A stretch of 64,000 nt of DNA from Kiritimatiellia bacterium (GCA_045595285.1 JAZOAC010000027.1:601-64600), one strand, 5' to 3'; counted from the first letter of the stretch, positions 38,848-49,068 are shown. Notes: generated by a model from the sequence alone, not told the origin. Translations and numbers: made by a program.

Positions 38848-39264
38848 GTTAGTGGTTGGTGTCCCACCAGCGCTTTGGTGCGTGAATGTCCATTGAGATA
38901 ACTTTTGACAGGATTTGCAGGATTCATGGGATTTCATCCGTACAGTAATCTAGCAAATCTTGTTAACCTGAATTAGTCAGTTGGATTATGCTCAGTGTCG
39001 TTAGAGATAATAAAATAAGCGACAATATCGATTTCTGGCTCTCACCCAGTGGGTGAAGAGCAAAGACAAAGGCAAATCACAAATTTTACTGCCTCAGACG
39101 GTGATTTCTGCCCGCCAACTGCCGAATTTAGGGTTAATCCTGTCTGAAGTTATAGTCAAGGGACATGGCTGAGGCCCGCCGAGGTTTACCGAAGATTTTC
39201 GCTATTATTGACAGGGGTGATTTGATATAATAGGGGCATAAGAATTTACGAGGAGTTTTGTATT

Positions 39265-39942
39265 ATGGTTACAGCAATTATAGTCGCGGCAGGCAAATCC
39301 GAGCGCATGGGAGGCGGTACGGACAAGGCGTTTCTTAGTCTTGGTTCCAAGCCTGTCGTTGCGTGGAGTCTTCTTGCCTATGAGAAGAATGTCGATGTTG
39401 ACAGGATCGTTCTTGTCGTTCGCAAGGATCAGCTTACGGCGGCGAAGGCTGTGGCCAGAATGTTCGGAATCTCCAAACTCTCCAAGATAGTGCCTGGTGG
39501 TGCGCGTCGTCAGGATTCCGTCCAGGCGGGCATGAAGGAGGTTGATTCCGATACCAGAATAGTGGTTATTCACGATGGTGCGCGTCCGTGCGTTTCGCAG
39601 GATGTCATATCCGATGTGATCAAGATGGCTCGCCGCGGTTCTGCTGCAGTTACCGGCAATCGGGTGCGCGACACCGTAAAGATCGTTGAAAAGGGCAGTA
39701 CGGTGTCTTCCACTGTTGATCGTACGAAATACTGGGTTGTGCAGACGCCGCAGGCGTTTCCGTATTCAATGCTTCGCAAGGCGTATGCTGCAGTCGAGGC
39801 GGAGCGCAAGGAAGTGTTCGATGATGCGCAGGCCGTCGAAATCGCCGGCGAGTCTGTGAAAATCTGCGAAAGCGACAAACCCAACATCAAGATAACCACA
39901 CCCGAAGACCTTCAGGTCGCGGCGGCAATACTCAAGCTTTGA
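39265..39942 (+). CDS. ispD: 2-C-methyl-D-erythritol 4-phosphate cytidylyltransferase
   Basis: The N-terminus is IIVAAGKSERMGGGTDKAFLSLGSKPVV and the IHDGARP motif is present. Length 225 aa. Confidence 0.9.
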   Translation: MVTAIIVAAGKSERMGGGTDKAFLSLGSKPVVAWSLLAYEKNVDVDRIVLVVRKDQLTAAKAVARMFGISKLSKIVPGGARRQDSVQAGMKEVDSDTRIVVIHDGARPCVSQDVISDVIKMARRGSAAVTGNRVRDTVKIVEKGSTVSSTVDRTKYWVVQTPQAFPYSMLRKAYAAVEAERKEVFDDAQAVEIAGESVKICESDKPNIKITTPEDLQVAAAILKL

Positions 39943-39945
39943 TAG

Positions 39946-40695
39946 ATGGCCAAGATTTACGGTATACTGGGCGATATCCACGCCAACATCGATGCGATGA
40001 GCGTCGTGTTGGACGATGCCGCCGCACAAGGGGTCACCGATTGGATCTGCACGGGCGATGTTGTTGGATACAATGCCTGTCCGTCCGAGTGCATCAGGCT
40101 TGTGCGTGATGAACTTAAGGCTCCAGTCGTATGCGGAAATCACGACTACTATGTAGCGTTCGAGCAGAATCTAGCGGATTTCCATCCTGCGGCAGCCCAA
40201 GCGGTCCTGTGGACGCGCGAGCACATCACAGGCGAGGACATGGATTGGCTTCGTTCCCTTCCGATGACCAGGCCGGTGATGGGCATGACGCTTGTGCATG
40301 CCACTATGGATATGCCGGACCATTGGGGGTATATCTTCGACGATTTTCAGGCAGCCAGCCATTTCGTCTACCAGAAAACGCCTGTCTGTTTCCACGGGCA
40401 CACGCATGTGCCGGTCGTATATGAGCAGACGCCGTTTGGTGCGGTGCATTATGATCCCCGTACATTTGAAAACGGGGAATTCAAATTAAACATCGGCAAA
40501 AAGTACTTCATCAATGTCGGTTCTGTCGGTCAGCCTCGTGACGGAGATTCCAGAGCCAGCTATGTTGTGTTTGATTCGGGATCGCGTACACTTCGTTTTC
40601 GCCGCGTAGCGTATGATGTGGCGAGAGCCCAGGCGCGTGACCGGGCTGCCGGGCTTCCCGAACGCTGTGCACAGCGCCTAGAGACCGGAAATTGA
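39946..40695 (+). CDS. Metallophosphoesterase (YfcE/MJ0936-like)
   Basis: Motifs GDIHAN, CTGDVVGY, CGNHD and GHTH are present. The gene starts 3 bp after the ispD stop. Confidence 0.75.
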   Translation: MAKIYGILGDIHANIDAMSVVLDDAAAQGVTDWICTGDVVGYNACPSECIRLVRDELKAPVVCGNHDYYVAFEQNLADFHPAAAQAVLWTREHITGEDMDWLRSLPMTRPVMGMTLVHATMDMPDHWGYIFDDFQAASHFVYQKTPVCFHGHTHVPVVYEQTPFGAVHYDPRTFENGEFKLNIGKKYFINVGSVGQPRDGDSRASYVVFDSGSRTLRFRRVAYDVARAQARDRAAGLPERCAQRLETGN

Positions 40696-40716
40696 TATGA
40701 CGTCTGAAAGGTGGAC

Positions 40717-41295
40717 ATGGTCAGCGAACTGAAACTGTTGCTCATCGCATGTGTTTCGGCCGTGGTTTTTTCAGGATGTCTCACATCCGCGCCTCCGCCG
40801 CCGAAAAGTTGGGTTGTGTCCGCTTCGCGTAAGCATTCCTCCGAACTGATGGTTGACAGGGTCGCGAGGCTTGGTTCTTTATCGGTAGCCGCTCCTTATG
40901 ATAAACCGGCCTTGGCGGTTGTGCGGAAGGATGGTTCGGTCGCGTTTGACCGATACAATGTGTTTGCGTCGTCGCCATCCGCTCTTCTTCGCATGCCATT
41001 GGCGGCGCTTCTTGAGAATGATGGTAGGTTCGGTCGCGTGTTGGCGTCCGCAAGTACGGCGCGCGCGAATTCGACGATTGAAGCGGTTGTTACCGACCTC
41101 TCGCTTGATTGCAGGGAAGACGGCAAGCGGGTGGCAAGGGTCTCCGTTTCGCTTGCTGTCATCGAGAACCGGGAGATAAGCATGTTTCTGGATGGAACAG
41201 GCTCGTCAGACGCCGCATCTGGCGACTATTCTGCCGCCTTTTCCGAGGCGTTTGCCGAGGCTGTGGCAGAAGCCCTGAAGACCATGTCGAAATAA
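40717..41295 (+). CDS. Lipoprotein, function unknown
   Basis: Signal with lipobox (LIACVSAVVFSGC). About 190 aa. Confidence 0.5.
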   Translation: MVSELKLLLIACVSAVVFSGCLTSAPPPPKSWVVSASRKHSSELMVDRVARLGSLSVAAPYDKPALAVVRKDGSVAFDRYNVFASSPSALLRMPLAALLENDGRFGRVLASASTARANSTIEAVVTDLSLDCREDGKRVARVSVSLAVIENREISMFLDGTGSSDAASGDYSAAFSEAFAEAVAEALKTMSK

Positions 41296-41310
41296 CAGCG
41301 CGATGACACC

Positions 41311-42552
41311 ATGGAACGTTTTGAGCTAGACGAGAAATTGCAGGATGAAATTCGCACCCGTGTGATGGGTGAAGGGTTCATGAAGATTGTGCAGACCGTC
41401 CGCAGGAACGGGAAACTGTTCAAAATCGTGATGCGCCCCGTCATGATTGGCGGGATCCGCAAGTTTCAGGCTGAAATGACCGACGAGGGACAGGTGCGGG
41501 TCAAGAACTTTGACGCCGTTACCGCCGCGGACGGTCTTGAGGAGATTATAGCCCAGCGCGGCGCCCGTGAACTTCATCTCATGACAGCGACCGGCGATCT
41601 TCATGTGCGTGTCACAAAGAAGGGCAAGGCGCTGGTTTCGCGTTCTGCCGAGATGAACAGGTCAGTTACCGTACAGCCGCACGACCGCGTGAAAAGGCAA
41701 CCTCTCACGTCATTTGACTCTGCCGCTTTGCTGAAGACGATCGGCATTGCGGACGGAGAAGGCAGGGTGCGTGCATCCATGCGCGGAAAGTATGATCAGG
41801 TTAACGAGTTTCTGCGGATCGTCGGCGATATGGTCGCAGAGGATTCGCAGAGGACATTCACGGTCGTAGACTGCGGGTGCGGAAAGGCGTATCTGACGAT
41901 TTCTCTCTGGTTCTACCTGACCTGCGTAAAGGGGTTCAAGGATGTGCGAGTGGTCGGAATCGATCGGCGTAATGACGTTATATCGTCCGCCAGAAAGATG
42001 GCTGAGCGTCTTGATGTCGTGGACAATGTCACATTTGTCGAATGCGATCTTTCCTCCTCCGACCTTTCGTCGGCGCCGCCTGATGGGCTGGACCATGTGG
42101 ACATGGTGGTGTCACTGCATGCCTGCGATACGGCAACGGACGAGGCATTGGCGCGCGGCGTGGAGTGGAAGGCAAGGTATATCCTGAGTGCGCCGTGCTG
42201 TCAGCATGAGCTTCAGCAGACGATCAACGGCGCAGGTGCCGTAGGCGCGAGGAGCGATTTCGCGGGTCTGCTGCGTCAGAACATTCTCCGGGAGCGCCTT
42301 TGCGACATCCTTACAGACGCGTTCCGTGCGATGATCATGCGGATTCTCGGATTCCGGACGCATGTGGTGGAGTTCGTGTCACCGGATGCGACAGCCCGCA
42401 ACATACTTCTCAAATGCGAGTATGCCGTCAAGTCGGGACAGGCGGGGATCGTTGCCGAATATCTCAATCTCCGTGACTACTGGAAGGTCACGCCATGGCT
42501 TGAGATGCGTCTTGCCAAGATTGTCGGCAAGCATCTGGCGAGATATGAATAG
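41311..42552 (+). CDS. Class I SAM-dependent methyltransferase with ~200-aa N-terminal extension
   Basis: Motif I is VVDCGCGKAYL, and VSLHACDTATDEA follows. Resembles Methyltransf_32-type proteins. Confidence 0.6.
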   Translation: MERFELDEKLQDEIRTRVMGEGFMKIVQTVRRNGKLFKIVMRPVMIGGIRKFQAEMTDEGQVRVKNFDAVTAADGLEEIIAQRGARELHLMTATGDLHVRVTKKGKALVSRSAEMNRSVTVQPHDRVKRQPLTSFDSAALLKTIGIADGEGRVRASMRGKYDQVNEFLRIVGDMVAEDSQRTFTVVDCGCGKAYLTISLWFYLTCVKGFKDVRVVGIDRRNDVISSARKMAERLDVVDNVTFVECDLSSSDLSSAPPDGLDHVDMVVSLHACDTATDEALARGVEWKARYILSAPCCQHELQQTINGAGAVGARSDFAGLLRQNILRERLCDILTDAFRAMIMRILGFRTHVVEFVSPDATARNILLKCEYAVKSGQAGIVAEYLNLRDYWKVTPWLEMRLAKIVGKHLARYE

Positions 42553-42563
42553 GGCATCCTTCG

Positions 42564-43487
42564 ATGAACTTGGATGCGATAAGGCTGCGCGCACGTATAG
42601 TGTCTGCGATACGCTCTTTCTTTGATGGCCGAGACTTTGTGGAGGTTGAGACTCCGGTTCGCATAGCCGCCCCCGCACCAGAGCCTAACATTGATTGTCC
42701 TGAAGTCCTGCCGCCGAGGAATTTTGGAGGCGAAACGACATTTCTGCGGGCATCTCCGGAGTTGCAGATGAAGAAGCTTCTTGCGGCCGGGATGGAGCGC
42801 ATATACCAGATAGGGCCATGTTTCCGTGATGGCGAAAAGGGGTCTCGGCACAATCCCGAATTCACGATGATAGAATGGTACAGAAAGAATGCTTCATACC
42901 TAGATATTCTTGAAGATACTGAACGTCTCTACTCTTATCTGTCGTTACTTGATTATGGGGACAGACCCTGCGTTTCTGGGGGCTGGCCTCATGAAATGTG
43001 TGAATCTAAAGGTGAATTCAAGAAAAATATCGAATTTAAACAGATGACTGTAAGGGATGCCTATTTGCGCTGGGCTCAATGGGATCCTTGGGTGCAATGG
43101 AATCAGGACCGTTTTGATTTTGATATGGCCACAGTGATAGAGCCGTCACTGAAGCCGCTTGGGGCCGTGTTTCTCATGGATTATCCACCTCAGGCGGCAA
43201 GCCTTGCGAAATTGCGCGGTGATGTTGCTGAACGTTGGGAGTTCTATGTGAATGGAATTGAGCTGGCCAACTGTTTTACGGAGCTGTGCGATCCGGTGGA
43301 GCAGCGTCGTCGCTTTATCGCCGCAAGAGAGGAGCGCAGACAACTGAATGAGGCGGATTATCCCATTGACGAAAAGTTTCTTTCGGTGCTTGGTGATATC
43401 CCTTCCGCAGCCGGTGTCGCGCTTGGCGTTGATCGGCTTGTCATGACACTTCTCGGTATCGATGACATATTGCAGGTGCGGATTTGA
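42564..43487 (+). CDS. epmA: EF-P beta-lysyl transferase (LysRS class II paralogue)
   Basis: A class II aaRS catalytic core is present without an anticodon-binding domain (FVEVETP, GPCFRDGEKGSRHNPEFTMIEWY, LANCFTELCDP, GVALGVDRL). Length 307 aa. Confidence 0.85.
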   Translation: MNLDAIRLRARIVSAIRSFFDGRDFVEVETPVRIAAPAPEPNIDCPEVLPPRNFGGETTFLRASPELQMKKLLAAGMERIYQIGPCFRDGEKGSRHNPEFTMIEWYRKNASYLDILEDTERLYSYLSLLDYGDRPCVSGGWPHEMCESKGEFKKNIEFKQMTVRDAYLRWAQWDPWVQWNQDRFDFDMATVIEPSLKPLGAVFLMDYPPQAASLAKLRGDVAERWEFYVNGIELANCFTELCDPVEQRRRFIAAREERRQLNEADYPIDEKFLSVLGDIPSAAGVALGVDRLVMTLLGIDDILQVRI

Positions 43488-43749
43488 AATGGCATTGTTG
43501 AAGGTGCACAGAATAAGGATTGCGGCAGGAGAATCTCATACCGCAATGCGGTGTTCGCGTCCAGAGGCCTGACGGCGTCGCTCCACCGCATAGGGGTTGC
43601 GATGCTCCACATGCTACATGGAAAATGGCGGAGCGCCAACGGCATGAATATGCTATAATCTCCCGCAATGCCATGATGTGGGCAATCGCTGCATTCCGCT
43701 GACGGCGCGTGTGTACATCAGGTTCAATCACAAGAAAGGATACATCAAG

Positions 43750-44988
43750 ATGCGAGTGGATTACAAATGGAAGGCGTTGATTCTTCTCTGGGTGGCATTT
43801 TTCCTTCAGCAGGGAACCCGTCAGTTGTTTGGACCTTCTGTTCCGGCGATATGCGGTTCGCTCGGAGTTGACAAGATTGCGCTCGGTACGGTGGGTACTG
43901 CGTTTGCCATGGTTTACGGCATCTGCGTACCGTTTGCCGGCCTGACGGCGGATGTATTCAACCGCAAGTGGATGGTGACGATTGGCGTGGCGGTATTCTG
44001 CACAGGCATCTTCCTTTCCGGGTTTGTCGCATCTGTCGGCCTGCTGATGCTGACCTATGGCGTCCTCAACAGCTTTGGACAGACCTTCTACTATCCTTCG
44101 GCGACGTCACTGATCTCCCAACTGCACAAGGAGTCTCGCGCAACGGCGATTTCCATTCTTCAGCTCGCGTTGTACATAGGAATTGTCGGATGCGGCGGTT
44201 TTGCCGGATGGCTGGCCGGAAAGGGTGGAGACGGCTGGCGGATGCCGTTTTGGATTCTTGGCGGGGTCGGTCTGGCATGGGCAGTGGCGCTTGCCGTGTT
44301 CCTTCGCGACACAAAGCCGGACGTGTCGCACTCTGCGTCGGAGAAGCCGTCCGTCGGAGAGGCGCTCAAGTCGGTCTTCTCCAAGCCTACCGCGCTTTGC
44401 GTGACGATCGCATTGGCTATGATGATCTATGTCGATATAGGCTTCAAGAACTGGATGCCCACGCATCTTCAGGTTGAGTTCATGGAATCCAATCCTTTTC
44501 TGCGCCAGTGGGCAGGCTTTCATGCCGTATTCTGGCATTATCTCGGCGCCGCCATCGGCATTATCGTCGGCAGCCGCATTGGGGACAGGTTTGTGAAGGT
44601 GCGTCCGGGGATCCGGCTGGAAATCGGGATCGTGGGCTTGACGTTCGCCGTGCCGTTCATTGTATGGATGGCGATGACTCAGTCGTTTGCCGCGTGCTGC
44701 TTCGCCATGTTCGGCTTCGGCATATTCCGCGGCGCCTACGATTCCAATTTCATGGCGTCGTTCTTCGACGTTGTGAATCCCCGCTACCATGCGTCGGGTG
44801 TCGGCGTAATGATGTGCGTAGCGTTTCTCTTCGGTTCGCTCTCATCGACGCTTCTGCCTTTCATCGCCAAACTGACAGGCGACAATATGTCGATCAGCAT
44901 GTCTTCACTCGGCGGTTTCTACTTCGCTGGTGCGGCTGTGATTCTTATGGCCCGCATATTCCACCTGCGTCGCGATCTTGTGAAGTGA
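43750..44988 (+). CDS. MFS transporter
   Basis: 12 TM segments. The start at 43750 is preceded by AAGGA. The WVAFFLQQGTRQ motif is present. Confidence 0.75.
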   Translation: MRVDYKWKALILLWVAFFLQQGTRQLFGPSVPAICGSLGVDKIALGTVGTAFAMVYGICVPFAGLTADVFNRKWMVTIGVAVFCTGIFLSGFVASVGLLMLTYGVLNSFGQTFYYPSATSLISQLHKESRATAISILQLALYIGIVGCGGFAGWLAGKGGDGWRMPFWILGGVGLAWAVALAVFLRDTKPDVSHSASEKPSVGEALKSVFSKPTALCVTIALAMMIYVDIGFKNWMPTHLQVEFMESNPFLRQWAGFHAVFWHYLGAAIGIIVGSRIGDRFVKVRPGIRLEIGIVGLTFAVPFIVWMAMTQSFAACCFAMFGFGIFRGAYDSNFMASFFDVVNPRYHASGVGVMMCVAFLFGSLSSTLLPFIAKLTGDNMSISMSSLGGFYFAGAAVILMARIFHLRRDLVK

Positions 44989-45001
44989 TGGGTTCTGCGC
45001 T

Positions 45002-45487
45002 ATGGATGCCGTCTGTCTTGTTCTCGCCGTGACAGGTTCGAGCCTGCTTCTGGTTCTCGGCCTGCTGGGGTGCGTGGCCCCTGTCATTCCGGGGCCGGCG
45101 CTGTCGTACGCCGCCATGCTGCTGCTTCTTCCTACCCGTTTTGCGCCGTCTGTTGGCGAATGTGTCGCGTATGGCGTCGCCTGCGCAGTCGTACTGTTTT
45201 TGGACAGTGTCATTCCGGCGATGGGAGCGAAGAAGTTTAACTGTTCGCGCTGGGGCGTTGCAGGATGCATGATCGGAACGGTTGTAGGCATGTTCTTCGG
45301 TTTCACGGGACTGATTTTCGGTCCGTTTCTCGGAGCCATGGCAGGGGAACTTGTCGCCGGAAAGAATTTTCTGTCTTCGCTGAAGGGCGGATTCGGGGCT
45401 TTTCTCGGGTTTGTGTTTGGCGTGCTTGTCAAAGTCGTATACTGTGCGGTCTGTGCAGTATGGTGCCTGTTTGCGTTTTTCAAGTAA
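45002..45487 (+). CDS. DUF456-family small membrane protein
   Basis: Gly-rich TM segments (LLGCVAPVIPGPALSYAAMLLLL, GPFLGAMAGELVAG) are present. Confidence 0.6.
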   Translation: MDAVCLVLAVTGSSLLLVLGLLGCVAPVIPGPALSYAAMLLLLPTRFAPSVGECVAYGVACAVVLFLDSVIPAMGAKKFNCSRWGVAGCMIGTVVGMFFGFTGLIFGPFLGAMAGELVAGKNFLSSLKGGFGAFLGFVFGVLVKVVYCAVCAVWCLFAFFK

Positions 45488-45499
45488 AGGAGGTCTGAA

Positions 45500-46069
45500 G
45501 TGGATGAGATTTGCATCAATGTTGTAGCTGCGCTCAAGCGCAGAGGCTTTGAGGCCGTGTACTGCGCCACCAAGGACGAGGCTACTGCTGCGGTGCTTGC
45601 GGAGGCGGATGCCGTGCATCGGGTCGGCATGGGCGGCACGATGACAATGAGGGAACTCGGCGTTACGGCACGGCTGGAGCAGTCGGGAAAGCTTCAGACG
45701 CGCGGTGCGGATTGCGATCTCTTTCTGCTCAGCGCCAACGCGGTAACCAGCGACGGACGTATCGTGAATATCGACGGCAACGGAAACCGTGTCGCGGCAT
45801 CGATATCTGGGCCGAAGAAGGTCGTTTACGCCATTGGACGCAATAAGATCGTCGCAGGTGGAATAGATGCGGCCATCGCAAGAATCAAGGAGAAGGCGTG
45901 CCCCCCAAACTGCATCCGTCTTGGAAAGAAGACGCCGTGTGCGGCGACAGGGAGGTGCGCTGACTGCGATTCGCCCGACCGCATATGCAAAGTGACGGCG
46001 GTGTTTGACCGACGCCCAACCGGCACTCCGACGACAGTGTACGTTGTCAATGCCGATCTCGGATATTGA
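45500..46069 (+). CDS. LUD-domain (YkgG/LutC-like, DUF162) protein
   Basis: GTG start. The ~190-aa protein is lactate-utilisation-protein-C-like. Low certainty. Confidence 0.5.
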   Translation: MDEICINVVAALKRRGFEAVYCATKDEATAAVLAEADAVHRVGMGGTMTMRELGVTARLEQSGKLQTRGADCDLFLLSANAVTSDGRIVNIDGNGNRVAASISGPKKVVYAIGRNKIVAGGIDAAIARIKEKACPPNCIRLGKKTPCAATGRCADCDSPDRICKVTAVFDRRPTGTPTTVYVVNADLGY

Positions 46070-46079
46070 GAGGCAGGTC

Positions 46080-47369
46080 ATGAACCGACTTCTGCTCAAG
46101 AATTGCCGCATCCTCCTGCCCGATCATTCGGTCGGGAAGGGTTGCCTTCTGGTCGAAAACGGAGTGATTGCCGCAGTCGGAGAAGTGCCTGACGGCATGC
46201 AGGTGTCTGAGACGAAGGATCTGCGCGGCGCGCTTGTGATGCCAGGACTGGTGAACGCCCATGGTCATACCGCCATGACCCTTGTACGCGGCCTCGGCGG
46301 CGGATTGCCGCTCAAGCGTTGGCTCGAGGAGGCGATTTTCCCGGTGGAGGCCAGAATGACCCCCGCGGACATTGCGGCCGGCGTCACATGGGGCGTGATG
46401 GAGATGCTCGCCGGCGGTACGACTTGCGTCGCGGACATGTATGATTTTCCGGATTCTGGAGGCCGGGCATTCGAGAATGCCGGATTCAAGGCGAACATAT
46501 GCCGTGTCGGGCTGAATTTCGTGGCGGGCAGGCTCGCCGAGTGCGTGGATTTTACGCGCAACTGGAACGCTTCCGCGCACAAAGGTGTCGTGGCGGACGT
46601 GTGCATCCATTCGGAGTACCTTACCGATGCCGGATTCTGCCGTGAACTTGCCGCCGCCAACAGGGAATTGAAGCGTCCGCTCCATGTGCATGCGTCGGAG
46701 ACCCGCAGGGAGCATGAGGAATGCATTGCGCGTCACGGAAAGACGCCCATTGCGCATCTCGCCGATACGGGGCTCCTGGATCATGGCGCCTACGCCGCGC
46801 ATTGCGTGTGGGCGACCGACGATGATTTCAGGATAATGCGTGAGCATGGTGTCACACTCGTCCACAATCCGTCCAGCAACATGAAGCTGGGAAGCGGTTT
46901 CGCGCGGATTGCAGCCGCTCGGGAGGCGGGGGTTAACATCGCGTTTGGAACGGACGGATGCGCATCCAACGACAATCTCAACATGTTTGAGGAGATGCAT
47001 CTCGCCGCACTGCTTCACAAGGGCATTGCGCGGGATCCCACTGTCCTAGATGCCGGCGACATCCTTGACATGGCGACGGTGAATGCGGCGCGTGCCATAG
47101 GACGTATGGATACGGGGCTTGTCGAAGTCGGCAAACGCGCAGACCTTTGCGTAATTGACCTGGACAGGCCGCATCTTCTCCCTGCGCTTGACATTCCGAA
47201 TCTGCTTGTGTACAGCGTACAGGCGTCAGATGTGATAATGACAATTGTCGACGGTGTGATACTCTATGACAGGGGCGAGTTCACTTCGATATACGCGGAG
47301 AAGGCGAAATATGAATTCCTTTCGGCCGTTCGCCGCATAGGTTTGGATATAATGACGCCTCTGGTTTGA
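46080..47369 (+). CDS. mtaD: Amidohydrolase, 5'-methylthioadenosine/S-adenosylhomocysteine deaminase-like
   Basis: Metal-binding motif MPGLVNAHGH is present. Also HVHASE, VHNPSSNMKLGSG and AFGTDGCASNDNLNMF (Asp for catalysis). Start is the ATG at 46080. Confidence 0.8.
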   Translation: MNRLLLKNCRILLPDHSVGKGCLLVENGVIAAVGEVPDGMQVSETKDLRGALVMPGLVNAHGHTAMTLVRGLGGGLPLKRWLEEAIFPVEARMTPADIAAGVTWGVMEMLAGGTTCVADMYDFPDSGGRAFENAGFKANICRVGLNFVAGRLAECVDFTRNWNASAHKGVVADVCIHSEYLTDAGFCRELAAANRELKRPLHVHASETRREHEECIARHGKTPIAHLADTGLLDHGAYAAHCVWATDDDFRIMREHGVTLVHNPSSNMKLGSGFARIAAAREAGVNIAFGTDGCASNDNLNMFEEMHLAALLHKGIARDPTVLDAGDILDMATVNAARAIGRMDTGLVEVGKRADLCVIDLDRPHLLPALDIPNLLVYSVQASDVIMTIVDGVILYDRGEFTSIYAEKAKYEFLSAVRRIGLDIMTPLV

Positions 47370-47397
47370 ACTCAAGGAGAGGAATGGTGTTTCCTGT

Positions 47398-49068
47398 ATG
47401 AAGCGTTCTGACAATATGGATCTCCTGCTGCTGGCGATAGTGATATCTTTGGCATTGCATGCATTGCTGATGTTCTTTGTGGCGCCGAGAGTCATGAGCC
47501 AGGTGGGAGGCGTTTCTGTGGAGTCGAAGCGGCATCGCCGTCCACCAATGGCTGTGCGCAAATTTAACGGCGATCCGCTCCGTGAACGGGCGAAGACCCT
47601 GCCCAAGGCAGATGTGCCTGCGCCGCGGTCCGCCCCTAAGGTCGGTTCTGTCGGCGGCGGTCATGCGCCTGCTGCGGAAGTTTCCGTACAGGTTGCCGTA
47701 CCTGCCCCGCAATTGCCGATGCCTGAAGTTGTCACAGCGCCGGACGCAGTCGGTTTTGAACTTCCCAAACCATCGGCGGTGGACGTGAAGTCGGTGGTCG
47801 ACAGTATGCCGCCCATGCCGATCGGCTCGCCCCCGGCCCCCGCGATCTCATCGTCCGCGGCCCCATCGGCGGGCATGCCCAATGAATCGTTCCTTCCCGT
47901 ACCCGGCCTTGCCGCACCGGCGCCGGAATTCTCTCTGCCGCAGATCTCCGAAGACTCGGATTCATCCTCTGCGATGGCAGGAGTCGCGCCGGCGAAGGCG
48001 ATGCCGAAAGTCGATTACGTGTTCGACAACAAGGTTCTCGATGCCGTGAACGAGAGTTTCGTCGAGAAGGAGAAGGCCGCTGTGCGTGCGCTTCTGTCTG
48101 TTCCCGATGCGGTTCCGGTGGAGAGTGCGGTGAATTGTTCCATGTCCGCATGTCTCGATCCTGCAGACCCGAGGTGGCGGTATTTCACATTGACGTTTTC
48201 GCCGAAGGCTGGTGTGGATGAACTTCCCGTCGTCCCAAAGGATGCAGTGATTCTCATAGACGCATCCGGCTCCATCGGTTCTGACCGTCTCCGCAACTGC
48301 CGAAATGCCGCCAAGGAGATTCTCCGGACCTGCTTCAACTCCGGGGACAGATTCAATCTTGTGGCATTCCGCAACAGGTTCACATACGCGTTCCGGGAAT
48401 GGCGCGAATGCGACGCTCCGTCCTTTGAGGAGGCGGACCGCTGGCTGTCGCGTCTCACGGCGCATGGCCGCACAGACGTGTTTTCCGTGATTCGCTCCGT
48501 GCTTACGCTTCCCCGTGACCCGACCCGTCCGCTGATAGCCCTCGTGGTGACCGATGGCGACGCAAACTCGGGCGTGAGCGGCACGGCGGAGATACTTTCC
48601 CGGTTCACCGCGCTTAATGACGGACTCGTATCGGTTTACATGTATGGCGTCAAGAGGGAGGCGAACAGGGAGCTTATAGACCTCCTGACGCGCGGAAACC
48701 GCGGCGAATCATTCATACATGAGGGCAGTCGACGTCGTGCGGGTGTCTCGATGGAGCCGCTTGCGACGGCGTTCCGTGACCCTGTCCTTACGGATCTGCG
48801 GATAATGTTCGCCGCCGGTTCCATGGCGGAGACGTATCCGAAGCTTCTCAAAAACCTTTACCGTGGCGGAACGGTTGTCCTGCGGGGGAGGTGTCCGGCG
48901 CGTGTCAAGGAGTTGGTGTTCACGCTGCAGGGGCTTTCAGGCTCAAAGGCGTTCGAGTCGCTGTACAGTCTTGACTTTGCGGCAGCCGAGTCTGCCGCCG
49001 CCTCACTGGTGGAGGATTGGCGCGCGGATCGTGTCATTGCCGGGCGACTGCTCGGACACGGCAGGTAG
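47398..49068 (+). CDS. Membrane-anchored von Willebrand factor A domain protein with Pro/Ala-rich linker
   Basis: An N-terminal TM segment and a Pro/Ala-rich region are present. The VWA MIDAS-like motif VILIDASGSIGSDRL lies at ~aa 290. Confidence 0.7.
   Translation: MKRSDNMDLLLLAIVISLALHALLMFFVAPRVMSQVGGVSVESKRHRRPPMAVRKFNGDPLRERAKTLPKADVPAPRSAPKVGSVGGGHAPAAEVSVQVAVPAPQLPMPEVVTAPDAVGFELPKPSAVDVKSVVDSMPPMPIGSPPAPAISSSAAPSAGMPNESFLPVPGLAAPAPEFSLPQISEDSDSSSAMAGVAPAKAMPKVDYVFDNKVLDAVNESFVEKEKAAVRALLSVPDAVPVESAVNCSMSACLDPADPRWRYFTLTFSPKAGVDELPVVPKDAVILIDASGSIGSDRLRNCRNAAKEILRTCFNSGDRFNLVAFRNRFTYAFREWRECDAPSFEEADRWLSRLTAHGRTDVFSVIRSVLTLPRDPTRPLIALVVTDGDANSGVSGTAEILSRFTALNDGLVSVYMYGVKREANRELIDLLTRGNRGESFIHEGSRRRAGVSMEPLATAFRDPVLTDLRIMFAAGSMAETYPKLLKNLYRGGTVVLRGRCPARVKELVFTLQGLSGSKAFESLYSLDFAAAESAAASLVEDWRADRVIAGRLLGHGR

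Noticed and set aside
44905-46111. Minus-strand ORFs 44905..45639 and 44945..46111 antisense to the DUF456/LUD genes
   Set aside because: High-GC shadow ORFs with biased composition (Arg/Ala/Pro/Thr-rich), overlapping three tightly packed + strand genes that have RBS and motifs.
47398-49068. VWA protein as part of a BatA-E/MoxR aerotolerance-type operon
   Set aside because: No MoxR ATPase, DUF58 or TPR Bat partners are adjacent. The flanks are the mtaD-like gene and a convergent transporter, so it is treated as a stand-alone VWA membrane protein.
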